Assembly: GCF_009834535.1 (NCBI RefSeq)
Contig: NC_045697.1
Location: forward strand, 57,166,001-57,230,000
Reading direction: 5' to 3'
DNA length: 64,000 bases
Source: Camelus ferus
Taxonomy: Eukaryota
The position numbers and the translations under genes were made by a program. The notes under the pieces were generated by a model. It was not told the DNA's origin. It did not search any database and saw nothing but the letters and a program-made list of their open reading frames with translations. Shown here piece by piece: positions 40,345 to 52,994 of this stretch (positions are counted from its first letter, which is position 1; every line of letters starts with the position of its first letter).

Positions 40345-41820
40345 TTTAGTAATTTATATTTTTTCCTAGAAATTTCCCAAGTTCATCACAATTATCAGAT
40401 TTATTTGCACAGAAATGACCACGGTTTTCTCTGTGTCTTTTACTTTCTGAATGTGAATTATAGAATAATGGAATACAGTCAATTATCTGTGGTGCATTAG
40501 TGATTCCATTATCTTGGGCAGACAATTTTGGGTTTTGGAAATTAAAGTCTTTCACTCCTTTAAAGGACATCTTCCATTTTATCTCTCAGTCTTTAATATT
40601 TCCTGAATTTTTGGTTTCTGAAGTTTCACAAAGTAGTATCTAATTGGAATTTCTTTTTATTTATTCTGCTCAGGATTCTTTGGGATTGTAGAATTTATGG
40701 TATTTTTCATTCTTTTGAAAAAAAACTCATCCATTAACTCTTCAAATACTGCTATTCTTCTATTCTCTCTCTTTTCCTGTTGGGTCTCAGATTAAACAAA
40801 TATTAGACGTTCCTATTTCATGTATTTTACTCCCTCCTCTGTATTTTCTTTTTTATTACTCCAGGTAAGATTCTAGAAAATTTGTATACTTTGGTAAGAT
40901 TCTGACCTCAAAGTAGCTCACTTTCTCTATTCCATTGTGCCTAGTCTGTTATCAAACTTAGTTGAGTATAGAATTTGGTATTTGTTACTGGATTTTTTTA
41001 GTACTAGAAATTCTCTGGTTCTTTTTCAAATCTAGTATGTGACTTTTTAATCTCTTTTTCCCAGAGATATTTTCAAGCTTGTCTTATTTTTTTCCCAATG
41101 TGTAATGGATTAGTACCTGATCATTCCAAAATCTCACATCTTTCTGTATTGGCTTCTATTGTGTATTGTTTCTGTGCCTCTCAGGTATGGCATTTTATAT
41201 CCTGTGTGCCTGGTTTTCATTGAGTGTGTACTAGATATAAAATTTAAAACTTCATTCATACAAACAATTTTAGACCTAGGATGATATTAACTTCCTGCAG
41301 ATATACTTTATTTACTTCTGTGCCAGACACCAAAATGGCATGGAGGCACTAGGAGACAAGGACAATCTTAGTCCAAGTTCTAGGCTTAAAATAACCTGCA
41401 TTGTCCAGATGGCATTAAGCTAGGCACAAAGTCCCCAAGAGTACAATTTTACTTCTGTTTCATTTTCAGTCGAAGATGTAGTCATAAGGGATCACAGAAT
41501 ACCTTAGACTCTCCCTTTAGGTAAGCAGGCCCTGCACACTGATGTTGTTCCCTTGCTTTTCACTCCTGCTCAATCTGAAGCTCAATCTTCTAGATGGACT
41601 TTTTCAGAATTGAAATATACCCTCAATATAAAAATTGCTTTATACTAGATGTATAGACATACATCTCTTTCTCTTCTCCTAGAATTTGGCCCAGTAACCC
41701 CTCAGTATGTTGTTAGCATTTCATGTATATCTTAGAATTAATAGGATGTTTAATTTTATTCACATTTTTGGTATCCTTAGTAGAGAGGTTAGCCTTAAGT
41801 ATTAGCCTACTATTAGCAGA
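40345..41820 (-). mobile_element. Old L1 (L1ME/HAL1-type) ORF1 and 5' region, antisense
   Basis: ttctttttatttattctgctcaggattc and ttcaaatactgctattcttctattctctctc; boundaries approximate. Confidence 0.55.
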
Positions 41821-43904
41821 ATCAGTTTTAAAATTTCGTGTATTTTGATGTTATTATAAAATGTATCATTAAAATTATACTAATTAAATAGTAAATTAAT
41901 ATAAAATTCCTTTTTGTTATGTAAGTCAGATTGTCTTTTTAATAGGATACATAAAAAAAGGAAAGCATTATTATTTTTCATGTTCATATTTTTTTTGAGT
42001 CACACATTAAACTTAACCATCTATGACTTAGCCCTACACTAAATACATTAGACTTAGGCATATACTAACAAAAAATGTCAACAGCTATTTCTCACATATA
42101 CCATCTTCTTGCAGCATACATTACCAAAACACAGCTGGAAAATTAAGGAAGCTCTTTGGTAATATATAATAAGTTATGATACTGATGAATATAAATAACT
42201 TTGTCCACAGGAAACATTCCTACTACAGAGTTGCATGTTTTCACTCTTTCACAGATGTTAATTTACCATGACGAGAAAATTCAGAGGCGAAACACAAGAT
42301 GTAAACTTTTCTAGGCAATGAAGCCTGAGCTTTCCCCAGTTTGCTTGATCACAGAGTAGCATCAGAATCTACAAAGCAAACTAGTGAGTACATTGTTGAG
42401 AATAACTTTTTTTTTTGTATTGTGAACAACTTAGATTAGAGAAAATGGCATCTTTTCTTTCTCAACCTCCCATCTTCCATTTTGTGTTTCCTAAATTACT
42501 CATGAATGAAATAACAGTTTTCTGCATTAACTACTTCAAGGGACTATGTAAGATAAAGTTTTGGCAGCTTTTATGATACCCATTCATATAGCATTTTCTA
42601 TTATTAATCATTATGTTGTCTTTGGTAGGATACGTGCTCAGGGACAGAAGATTTCCCACTGACATGTAAGACCACTACATTTTAATAAAAAGTACATTTT
42701 TCCTTTACTGTAAGATACTTACCAAAGAGCGAGAGATATGTTTTATTTGCTTTGGGAGTTAATATTTAAAAAATACTTGGAAAAAATTAGGCAGGACTTT
42801 TTAAATTCTGGTTTTTCACTCATAATTAAATACCTTGCATGATACAATGCTATCAGCTAGATGAATATGGATAATATTTCAGTGGAAAATTAATGTCATC
42901 TGCAGAATATTCTTATCTTCCTACATTGTTTACTCATATCTTTACTCAGAATGATGCATACAGAGAGATATAATCTCTCAAGTTTGTATATTGATTTTTT
43001 CATGGCAATGCAAAATTTCATTTTAAAACTTATTGGGTTAAATTTTTTTTAACAGGATGGAGGGCTTTATCTTTTCAAGAAGTGATGATTTGATTTCAAA
43101 AATACAAAGATAAATATTAACTAGCGATTGTCTTTAGGGAGATTGTTTCTTAGCTATCCCTAGTAGAAACCATGTCAATTGATTCTAATTGGTTTATTTA
43201 TATAAAGCTTTGAGCTTTGAGAAGCAGTTTCAATGCTTTGTTTTTCACCATAGAACTTGAGAATTGAAATTGGTCTTATATAACTTCTTGTTAAACTCCT
43301 TCACTGTGAGGTATGGAAAGTGAACACTAAAGAAATCAATTATCACTATTTTAGCAGGTATTTATAATAGCTATTATCCTGTATTTCCGTTATGTCATAT
43401 TGACTCTTCCTGCATCCTTTGTTGTCAACAAGCATTTTTCTTAATCTGCCAGTGCTTAAGTTAGCATAATAACCAGGAACCTCCCTTCTATTACTTGCAA
43501 TATAAGCAGATTATCAAACATGGCAATTACGATGATCACCTTATGACATTACCAAAATCAGTTGCTGCAAACCGGTTTTGTTCCACAAGTAAGATTTATT
43601 TGTCCCTCACAGTGTTGAAAGTAAGATTAATTTGTTGGAATAAAATTGAAATTTTGAAGAGCTTAAATAAAAATACAGACTTGCTAATTTTCATGAGGTT
43701 ATTATACATGCACAAGGATAAGTGTAATGCAGCAGTCATGATGTAAGCATTCCACCTGTCACAGTCCTCACCACTCCATATTTTCTGGCAACCATCTGAC
43801 TTTTCTTACTTACATGGCCTGCCTGCCGTCTGAAGGAGTTTCAGTTTGTGACTCCTAGAATGTCTAAAACAAGGAAAATTAAAACTTGAATTCTAAAGAG
43901 AGAT

Positions 43905-44030
43905 ATAACATGTAGTGTGTGTCTATTATGTGTCAGACATCCTGCTGAGGTACTTTCAAGGTTATTCTGTTGTATCCTTTACTCAGAAATTCTGAGTGGG
44001 GTTGACATTTTCGTATTTTATACCTACAAG
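43905..44030 (-). mobile_element. MIR fragment
   Basis: gtgtctattatgtgtcagacatcctgctgaggtacttt, an antisense MIR tail motif. Confidence 0.55.
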
Positions 44031-45339
44031 ATTTGCTTTCATTTTTCTGTTTTCTTACTTAAAAATAATATAAAAAATTGGATGCAGTCTTTGTATTTTC
44101 AAATTACCTAAAATATTCATCTTTTCTCATTGGCTTCTCCTCCAGATTGCTATTAATCAATATATGAAAATGTAATATATATGTCACATGTATTTATTAT
44201 AACGTAATTGTTTAACCTAATGCAACATAGTAATATTCAGTCTGTATACTTGTTTATATAAACAAATCATCACTTGGGTTTCTTTGAAATTTTTATTTTA
44301 TTTTTTTCATTTGTTTATTGATATAAATGTATTTTAGAATAGAATACAATAATTCCCTAAAGCATATAGTTACCAAGTATTTTATTATGAAATATAATGA
44401 GGAAAAAATGCAGACATTCTATACCTAATTTTATATAAACTTTGCGGTCTGTCCTCTTTAAGTGCTACATGATTATCCATTATTTATTCAGCTTTCTTAT
44501 TACCACATGAGAAATGTGACAATACCAAGTCACCTGGAGCCTAGTGACTTATTCAGACACAGAAACAAATGTAGGCTACTCTGTGTTTTATTTTTCTCAA
44601 AAAGTTGTCCGTCCTCTCTCACTGGCTACAAATGCAGAATTATAATATTTACCTGTAGTTGGCATGTCCACGTGTCTCTGGAAAGAAAGTGATTGGTTTA
44701 GTCATTTGTCATAGAACATAAGGAGATTGTTTTCATCAAAATACTCATAGTCTGACTTTTAGGTCAGGCACTTATGCTTCATCCAACAAACTCTGACAAA
44801 TCTAGCAGTACACATGGTTAACTTCAGTAAGCTGTAGTAAGTTTCACTTAAGAAAACAGAAAAAAACCCAGAAATTATTGGCAATCTGTTTATTTTAATG
44901 TATTTCAATGTTATATTTTTGTCTAATAAAAATAAATGTTTGATGTGGCATGTATATTACTGATATAAAAGGGTCCTTTAGTGTATTATACAATCATGTG
45001 CTCTCTTTATAAAGTACTACTGCTATACCTGTGCTAGTACTGCTGCACCTGCTTTTTAAGGAATTTTTCTTATATATTTTTAACATTTTCAAATGTCTTC
45101 ATCAGTCACATGTTTATGCCTCTTGAAAGATAAACTAGAATATGTATCTAGGTTTTAAAATTTTATTTTGCAATTCACCTGTTTATACAGATCTAGTTCA
45201 TCTTTACAGGTGGATATGTATATATACACATTATATTATATCTATTACTGGCATTTTCTTTGTATTTTGGCTTAATATTTAATTTTTTGCCATTTTCTGT
45301 ATATTATATTTTATTCCTACATATTTTCCCTAGTAATTT

Positions 45340-45445
45340 AATAATTTTACAGCTAATTTATTATATTATATATAAATTAAATATATATATATTATTTATA
45401 TATATTTATATATATAAATATTTATATATATATAAAGTTTATAAT
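45340..45445. repeat. AT-only low-complexity tract
   Basis: Imperfect (TA)n, direct reading. Confidence 0.8.
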
Positions 45446-45597
45446 GAAAGAAAATAAATTGTATAATCAATGTTAAAAAGTGTTTATTTTGACTCCCACA
45501 TATGCAAGTTCTATAATATAAGTAAGGGCATATTACAGTGTATTTAAATCTGCCTGCCCTAGTTTTCTTTACTTTCATTGACATAGGATATGGAATA

Positions 45598-45964
45598 TGT
45601 CTTTGTCAGTTCAGCCTGTATTAGCAACATACCATAGCCTGGGTGGCTTAAACAACAGAAATTTGTTTGTCATAATTCTGGAGGCTGAGAAGTCCAAGAT
45701 GAGGTGCCAACATGGCTAGGTTCTTGGTAAGGGCTCTCTTACTAGTTTATAGAAGGGACATTTCTTGTTGTATCCTCACATGGAAAAGAGAGCCCTGTTT
45801 TCTTCATATCCTTATAAAGACACCAGTCCAACCTGTGGGCTCTATCCACAGGATGTCATCTAATCCTAATTACCTCCGAGAGGGCCCACATCCAAATACC
45901 CTCATATTGAGGATTAGGGTTTCAACACATGAACTGGGGGGACACAAATATTCAGTCTGTAATA
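45598..45964 (-). mobile_element. MLT1A0-like MaLR solo LTR
   Basis: ctgggtggcttaaacaacagaaattt, ttctggaggctgagaagtccaagat, gattagggtttcaacacatgaactggggggacacaaatattcagtc. Confidence 0.92.
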
Positions 45965-46010
45965 GGAGATTATATACATGCTTTTATTTAATTTTTATTT
46001 TATTTATTAA

Positions 46011-46141
46011 TTTTTTTGTTTGTTTATTGGGGGGTGTAATTAGGTTTGTTTATTTATTTATTTTTAATGGGGGTTCTGGGGACTGTCCAGGATCTCTTGC
46101 ATGCTATGCATGCACTCTACAACTGAGCTGTACCCTTCCCC
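46011..46141 (-). mobile_element. tRNA-derived SINE, camelid Vic-1-like
   Basis: Minus strand reads ggggaagggtacagctcagttgtagagtgcatgcatagcatgcaagagatcctgg...ttaaaaataaataaataaacaaacctaattacacccccc, then an A-rich tail. Confidence 0.85.
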
Positions 46142-46157
46142 TTTATTTAAATTTATT

Positions 46158-46500
46158 AAAGAAAAGAAAAAAAAAAAAAAAAACCAACATAAATACAAAA
46201 CAGAAACAGACTCATAAACATAGAATACAAACTTGTGGTTGCCAAGAGGGTGGGGGGTGGGAAGGGACAGACTGGGATTTCAAAATCTGTAGATACTGAC
46301 AGGCATATGCAGAATAGATAAACAAGATTGAACTGTATAGCACAGGGAAATATATACAAGATCTTCTGGTAGCTCATAGCAAAAAAAAAAAGTGACAATG
46401 AATATATGTATGTTCATATATAACTGCAAAATTGTGCTCTACACTGGAATTTGACACAATGTTGTAAAATGACTATAACTCGATAAAAAAAGTTAAAAAA
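46158..46500 (+). mobile_element. Lineage-specific L1 3' UTR fragment
   Basis: acaaaacagaaacagactcata...gtggttgccaagagggtggggggtggg...tgtatagcacagggaaatatatacaagatc, ending in an A-rich tail. Confidence 0.9.
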
Positions 46501-47839
46501 CATTTTTAATTTATCAACAATTATATTCATATATATAGTACCTGTAGTATATGTAAATATGTATGTGCATGCATTACATATTAATATTTATTTTTAAAAT
46601 AGTGTATATTTTTATAATGAATATAAATTATTTTTGTCATAAAAAGAATAGATTCTGATGGTATTTATCATAATTATTAGACATCTCTAAATATTTTAAT
46701 GCTTACATAATTTATTATGCAATAATTATAATGACTTAATAATCATTAATATTATAAATGATATGACAATCATAATCCTAGTAGATATTTTAAAATTTAT
46801 TATTCACATCTCTGATTTATTTCTTTGACTACCTGTAATTAAATGTATAGCACTTAATTAAATCAGAAAGGTTAAGACACTACATTCATACTGAAAAATT
46901 GTCATCATACATATTATTCAATTTCTGTTTCTAAAAATACTTTATAAAAATTTTAGCAGTTATTTGCTAATGCTAATTTTAAAAATCTTCACTGATTTGA
47001 TAAAGTATGAGGTATGATTATTGTTTGTGTACCACATTTTTGAGAATTTATGAACACCTGAAATTCTAATTTTTTAAAAATCCTCGTTATATTTTGCCAG
47101 TATTATTCTATGGAATTCACATTTGTTTTATCTATTTTTAAAGTCTGTGTTAATACCATAAATATTAGTACTTTACTTGACATAATAAATATTCAAAATT
47201 ACATTATTTTTGCATTTTATTATTGAAGTTGATTATAAAAAATTTAAATTATTCATGTTCTTTGTCATATCAGTATTTGTATTTGTGATTTGTTAGTAAT
47301 ATTTAATTTGGGGTGTCATTTTTATCCTAGGATGATAGAAATACATTTGTTACAGTGCCATTCTGTTGTTTTTAAAAATTCTCTTAGACAATCATCATAC
47401 TTTGAAAGATTTTGTTATATATGTTAAGTTAAATTTATTTTACTTCCTAATAATTAAAATATAAGTGAATCATCATTTATGATGTAATTTATTCAAAATG
47501 TTTGTGTGGTATTTCTTAAATATTATATTCTTTTGTATTCTGTTTGATGTTGTTTCATTTTCACCACTTACATTTTATTGTGTAAATAGATTAGTAGCAT
47601 GCTGTTCCAAACTTTGTAACTTTTACTTTACAATACATGCCATGGAAAAATTCCATCTCTATTATTCCTTGAATAATCCTTGTACGTTCTTTTTTGATAA
47701 ATCTTACATGCACACACAGAAAAGTTATGACATGAGATAATTATTTTAAAGAAGGAGAGAATGTTAAATGAACTAGGAATGGAAAATGAATCATATAAAG
47801 AAGTTTTAGAGATGAGGTGTAGGTAATAGGAGACTATTA

Positions 47840-48050
47840 CAAACAATGTTATGGCACTAGCTTTAAAAATATAGAAGAATTGAAAATATTCTTAGAGAAA
47901 TAACTTACCAAAACTAACTCAAATGAAGTCAAAATATTCAACAATTGTATACTCAATAGAGAAATAAACTAAGCAGTTTAAGTCTTACACTTTCAGGATT
48001 TTAAATCCAGTTCTATCAAATACCCCAAAAAGTTACAACCTTGTAAATGT
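47840..48050 (+). mobile_element. Old L1 ORF2 fragment
   Basis: ttcttagagaaataacttaccaaaactaactcaaatgaag is a sense ORF2 motif. Confidence 0.55.
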
Positions 48051-48846
48051 TGGGCACTATATATTTAAACAAAAGTCAGAAGACTGTTAAACCTTACTAC
48101 AGCCTTGTATTCTTATTGTGAGTTTAATATAATTCTGTGGATATTCTCTCATATAAAAGTTTTTTCAAATCTTATTTTCAATTACTCTAAGTCACTATTT
48201 TATGTATCATAATTATTTGAGGGAAACAAAGAAAAGCATGGACAATTATTGACAGCATCCTGCAATTTTGTGTCCCTATAGTATCACTCTTGTTTTAAAG
48301 CAAACTTCCAAAGTAATTGGGTGTTGTTGGGCATAACATACATGTGAATGAATATCTAGTTTAAGCTTGTATCATAGAAATATGAAATACTTTATAATTT
48401 TATTTTTTGGATAACTTACATAATTGCAAATATTTGTATAATGTTTTATATTCACTTATTACAGACAAAATGGGTGCGATTGTCTCATTTTTATGTGGTA
48501 AAAAAGTATTTAACCTAGTTTGAAATAATTAAATAGTATCAAGTGAGGATTTCATTTACTGTAGGAAAAAATCATGCTGTCTTCTATAAATGTAGTGAAA
48601 AAATTAAGTATTCTTTTTATACTCAGGACAGGAAGAATATACAAGTGATTTGGCATAGCTTTTATATTTTCATTAAATTCATAATAGGCTAAAATTATGT
48701 AAGCAGCATAGATGTATACTTTGGAATTTCAAAGCAGGAAAATTGCCTTTGAATATTGATATGTCAGAATTGCTTTAGAAAAAAATTCTATGTACTGAAG
48801 AGTAGGTCCTCAACTTTATTGTGTTTTGTATTTTCTTGGTTTTGTT

Positions 48847-48876
48847 ATCATCATCATCATTATCATAATCATCATC
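48847..48876. repeat. Imperfect (ATC)n microsatellite
   Basis: Direct reading. Confidence 0.85.
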
Positions 48877-50329
48877 ACAGAATATCTGCTAAAAATTAAG
48901 TAGAAAATGCATCTACTAGGATACTAAACTGAAAATTACATTCGATTCACTTATTTTGTGTGTTTATTTTGTAAATTAAATAGATAAGCAATGAAATAAA
49001 AATGCTACAGTATGAAAATTAATAGAGTTTTAAACCTGCCATTAATTCTTCAGAAATAATATGTGTAGGATTACACAAGATGTACAAACAAAATAAAATT
49101 CAAACTAAAATCAGTATCAAAACCTAATTAACATCCACAAAAGTCTGCCTGTATTTTCTTTTTTCATTAGTCAGTATCTGATATTTTTATTTTTGAGTAG
49201 TGTTATACATGGAGTTAGATTTTTCTGGGAAAATCAAATATTTTTGGATATTGTTAAGTCAATTTAACACTTATCATAAAATTTCAAGTATTACTACAAA
49301 ATCACACTTGACTTTGAGGTATATAAATGTCTAAATTTATCTCATCTATTAATATCTATCTATCATTTTCCTCTACTTCTCCATCCCCTACTATCTCCCT
49401 TCCTCCATTCCTCTTCTTCCCTCCCTTTCTACCTATTTAAGGGCTAAGCATTCCAAGGATATTGTTTTTCCCAGCACTAATTACTGAGACAATCATTTCA
49501 AAAGAAGTGACAAACTAATGAAAATAAAATCATCAGCAATTTGCATTTGATAATGCTGCTTAACAGAGCAGGATGTTTGCTGTCCAGATTTTGTCTAAAA
49601 GTCAAAACAGACATCTAAATTATAACTTTGTAACATCTGTTTCCTCTTGGGGACTATGTGTATGGACTTGGACAGATGTGAGAACTGCAATAAATGATTG
49701 TAACAAAGGAGACAACTAATAGTGCTGTCTTAAAAAATGCAGCCCGTTTGAGTTTATTGAAATGAGCTCCAGACTGAGATTGAGATGACATTCACCTGTT
49801 CCTCCAAACTATTGTTCTGGAAAGAGATAATGCCTTTATAATTATTATTTTCCATTGTGTGAAAAATAAAACACAGAATATTATAATTTTGAAGTAGTGT
49901 TTTCCTGAAAGTGTCTTCAATTTGTGCAAAATCATGGTGAATTTCATTATCTGGTGAATGTATGGTACAGGAATGAAAGTGGTGGAAATAGATTAGGCTT
50001 ATCTACTTGTGTATGCAGATGATTGTTTACAAATGGTGGAAACAATTCTGTAAACTAAGTTTCCATGATTACACACCAGAATACAAAGGGACCGTCTTCA
50101 TGCAGCTTTAGTATCTTAGGGATGGAAAACCTGTTAAGTAACCTCTAGATAGACAATCAAATATACTGGAGAATTAGAAGAGCACAGTTGTCATGGTGAA
50201 TTCCTGAGGCCAAGATTGAAATAGTTTAGATTTTCATTTTACATAAAGAAATGAATTTTTAAATGTATGGTTTAAATTAAAAAAAAAAACAACAACATAG
50301 CCCGTTGTGTGCTCTTTGAGTTAACCATA

Positions 50330-50750
50330 TCTGTAAATACTCATACTCCTCTCATAAAGAGTTAGAGTAGATGTGGTCTTCTTCTGAACCTTACCATACC
50401 TTGGTGAGTGTGCCTCAATGATTAGAATGTGGTCAAAGTGGTGCTACATGAGTTCTGAGACTAGGCTAGAAGAGAACACGCAGTTTCTGCTGGTTTGTCT
50501 TGGAATAGACTAAGGAGCCCATGTGGAGTAAATTGCCCTAGGAGATTCAGCTAATCCCAACTGTTTGAGTCTTCCTGACTGAGGTATGTGAGTAAGGAAT
50601 TTTATAGGTGACTCCACCCAGCCACTCTCTGAATGAGAAATTGACCAATGACTGATTAGTTGAGCCTAGTTGATCCTGAGAACTGTAATACATGATAAAA
50701 ATAAGGGAATGTTGTTTTTATGTGCCTAAATATGGGGTGGTTTGTTAAAG
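50330..50750 (+). mobile_element. MaLR solo LTR (MLT1G/H-like)
   Basis: tagaatgtggtcaaagtggtgctacatgagttctgagactagg, cccatgtggag, gttgagcctagttgatcctgagaactgt, ggggtggtttgtta. Confidence 0.8.
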
Positions 50751-51369
50751 TTTATTCAGTAGTACATTCATGATACTTAATAAAGCATAACCCATCTTGT
50801 CCTTTGGAAAATACTCTTTTTTGAAAAGTTGTAATTTGTTTTATTTAAATGTAAAATGTGAAATAAAATGCATGCAAAGAGCTGGATTTATTCATAAAAT
50901 CTTCTGTGTTCACTGTTGTGGAAATTGGATCTTGAATGCAGTCTTTTTAATAAGTGTGTATCACAAAACTATTTGCCTAATATTTCTCAACCTTAGTCTG
51001 TGCTATCTGAATTGAAATGTGTATCAGCTCACATCATTGCTGATCATTGTCTTGATATCCATGTAAGGGATTGCTCACACATAGAAAAGGGATATTGATA
51101 ATTGATATTGTTTCCAGAATGTACATCCATTTGACTGTACTCATTCCTTCACTTGTGACTTACCCAAGTTGCCTTCTGTGTTGATCTGTTGTTCATGATT
51201 GAAGTTTTCAAGTGAATTGATTGTTTTGGTTAAGAAATGTGCAGGTAGCCATATTGTGAGTGGACTTGAGAAGGTCAGTCCTGGCCAAGTAAGGTCATAT
51301 ACTAGGTAGAGACCAGAAGTACTGCAGAATAATCTACAATGCACCATTATCCAGCACAAAATGTCAAAC

Positions 51370-51590
51370 AATCTCTACCTGTAGTAACAAAAAAGCAAAT
51401 CCACAGCTGCCTGGGGATAAGAGAAAAGGTTTACAAAGAGAAAAATGTGGGGAATGATTTATATGTTCATTATCTTGATTGTGGTGATGGTTATATGGGC
51501 CTATTCTTATGTCAGAACTTATCAACTTATACACTTTTAATGTGTACAGATTATTGCATGTCAGCTATGTCTTAAGATGTTTAAAAAGCC
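51370..51590 (+). mobile_element. Old L1 3' end fragment
   Basis: atatgttcattatcttgattgtggtgatggtt...atgtcagaacttatcaacttatacacttt. Confidence 0.8.
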
Positions 51591-51599
51591 AGTGTATAA

Positions 51600-52994
51600 C
51601 TGGGAATCTGAGTCTAGCAAAAATATTAAATAATGAAAAAGAAGTTAGAAAAATCGATAAAGAAGGTCAAAATAAAACTGAAGGAACTGAAAACAGTAAA
51701 ATGACACACCTAAACCTACTCATATTGATAATTATATTAAATATGATTTTATATGTATATAAATGGATCCATTAAAAGTCAGAGATCATCAGACTTGGTG
51801 AAAAAACAAGGCACAACTACAGAGTTGTGCTTTAAATATTAAAATTTAGGTAAGTTGATAGTAAAAGAACAGAAAAGCATGTGCCATAAGAAGAGCAGAC
51901 ATCATAAACAAAAATTAATTAAAGGTGAACATAAATGTGAAAATCAAAATTATGTTCCTAGAAGATAGCATAGCAAGGTATAGTTGCAACTGGTGTATAG
52001 ACATAAGTTCCAAAACTGAGACCAGAATACAATGACTATAAAATTTTTTAAAAAGATGTATTAGATTTCATAATTAAAAACTTCTTTATGAAAATAAAGG
52101 AAAAATATGTCCCATTTGTTGTCAGTAAGAAAATTAATAAAGACACCACAGACTGGGAGAACAAATTGCAAAACATATATCAGACAAAGGGCTTGTATTC
52201 TGAATATATAAAATATGCCAACAACTTCATATGAAGATAATAAACAGCCCTATAAAAATGTGGGAAGACTTTGGAGACAACAGGAGGATGGTATACAAAA
52301 GATCAACAAGCACGTAAGAAAATGTTGAACATCATTATCCTTTAAGGATATGCAAATCTCACACACATTGCCATCAACCCTATCACAGTATTTGCTGAGA
52401 TATATGGCAAGAAGAGTGAGGAGCAGGAAAGCACTGGAAAAAGTGAAAAAGGAGCAGGGAGAAAAAAAAAAAAAAACGCATTAAACTAAACTACACATCC
52501 ACCAAAAAGGTGAGCAGAGAATAGAAACTCTTGTACATTGTTGTGGAAGAAAAAATAGTACAATCACTATGGGAAAAGTCTGGAAGTTTTTCATAAAATG
52601 TAATATACACTTAATTGTGGAATCAAGAGAAATGAAAGCACATATCCAAAAAGTTTGCACAGGAATGCTCACAACAACTTATTTATAATTGGTAAAACTT
52701 GGAAATGTCTCAGGTCTCCATTCACAAGACATTGAACTTTTCTTTAAAAAATGGCATATTCATCAATGGATTATTACTCAGAAATAAAAAAAAAGATACA
52801 CAATTACATGGAGATAATTCAAAATAATTATGCTGAATAAGAGTCTCATACAAAAAAGTGCATGCTTTATAATCACATTTATTAAAATGTGTAAAATAGG
52901 AAGGATTAATCTATTTTTTAAAAAGATTGAAAAAATTGTCTTTTAGGGGTGAAGGAAAGACATGAAGGAACTTTCTGGGGTGATAAGGAATTCT
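51600..52994 (+). mobile_element. Old L1 (L1MC4-like) ORF2/3' UTR, left part of the host element split by the younger L1
   Basis: acagactgggagaacaaattgcaaaacatatatcagacaaagggcttg; ends gaactttctggggtgataaggaattct. Confidence 0.85.

Noticed and set aside
42715..42900. Strong minus-strand donor (TTG|gtaagt at ~42723)
   Set aside because: No good upstream acceptor, and the sequence is AT-rich with nothing suggesting coding; expected by chance.
45712..46299. Longest ORF in the track (195 aa)
   Set aside because: Reads through an MLT1A0 LTR, an antisense SINE and an L1 tail; a chance chimeric frame.
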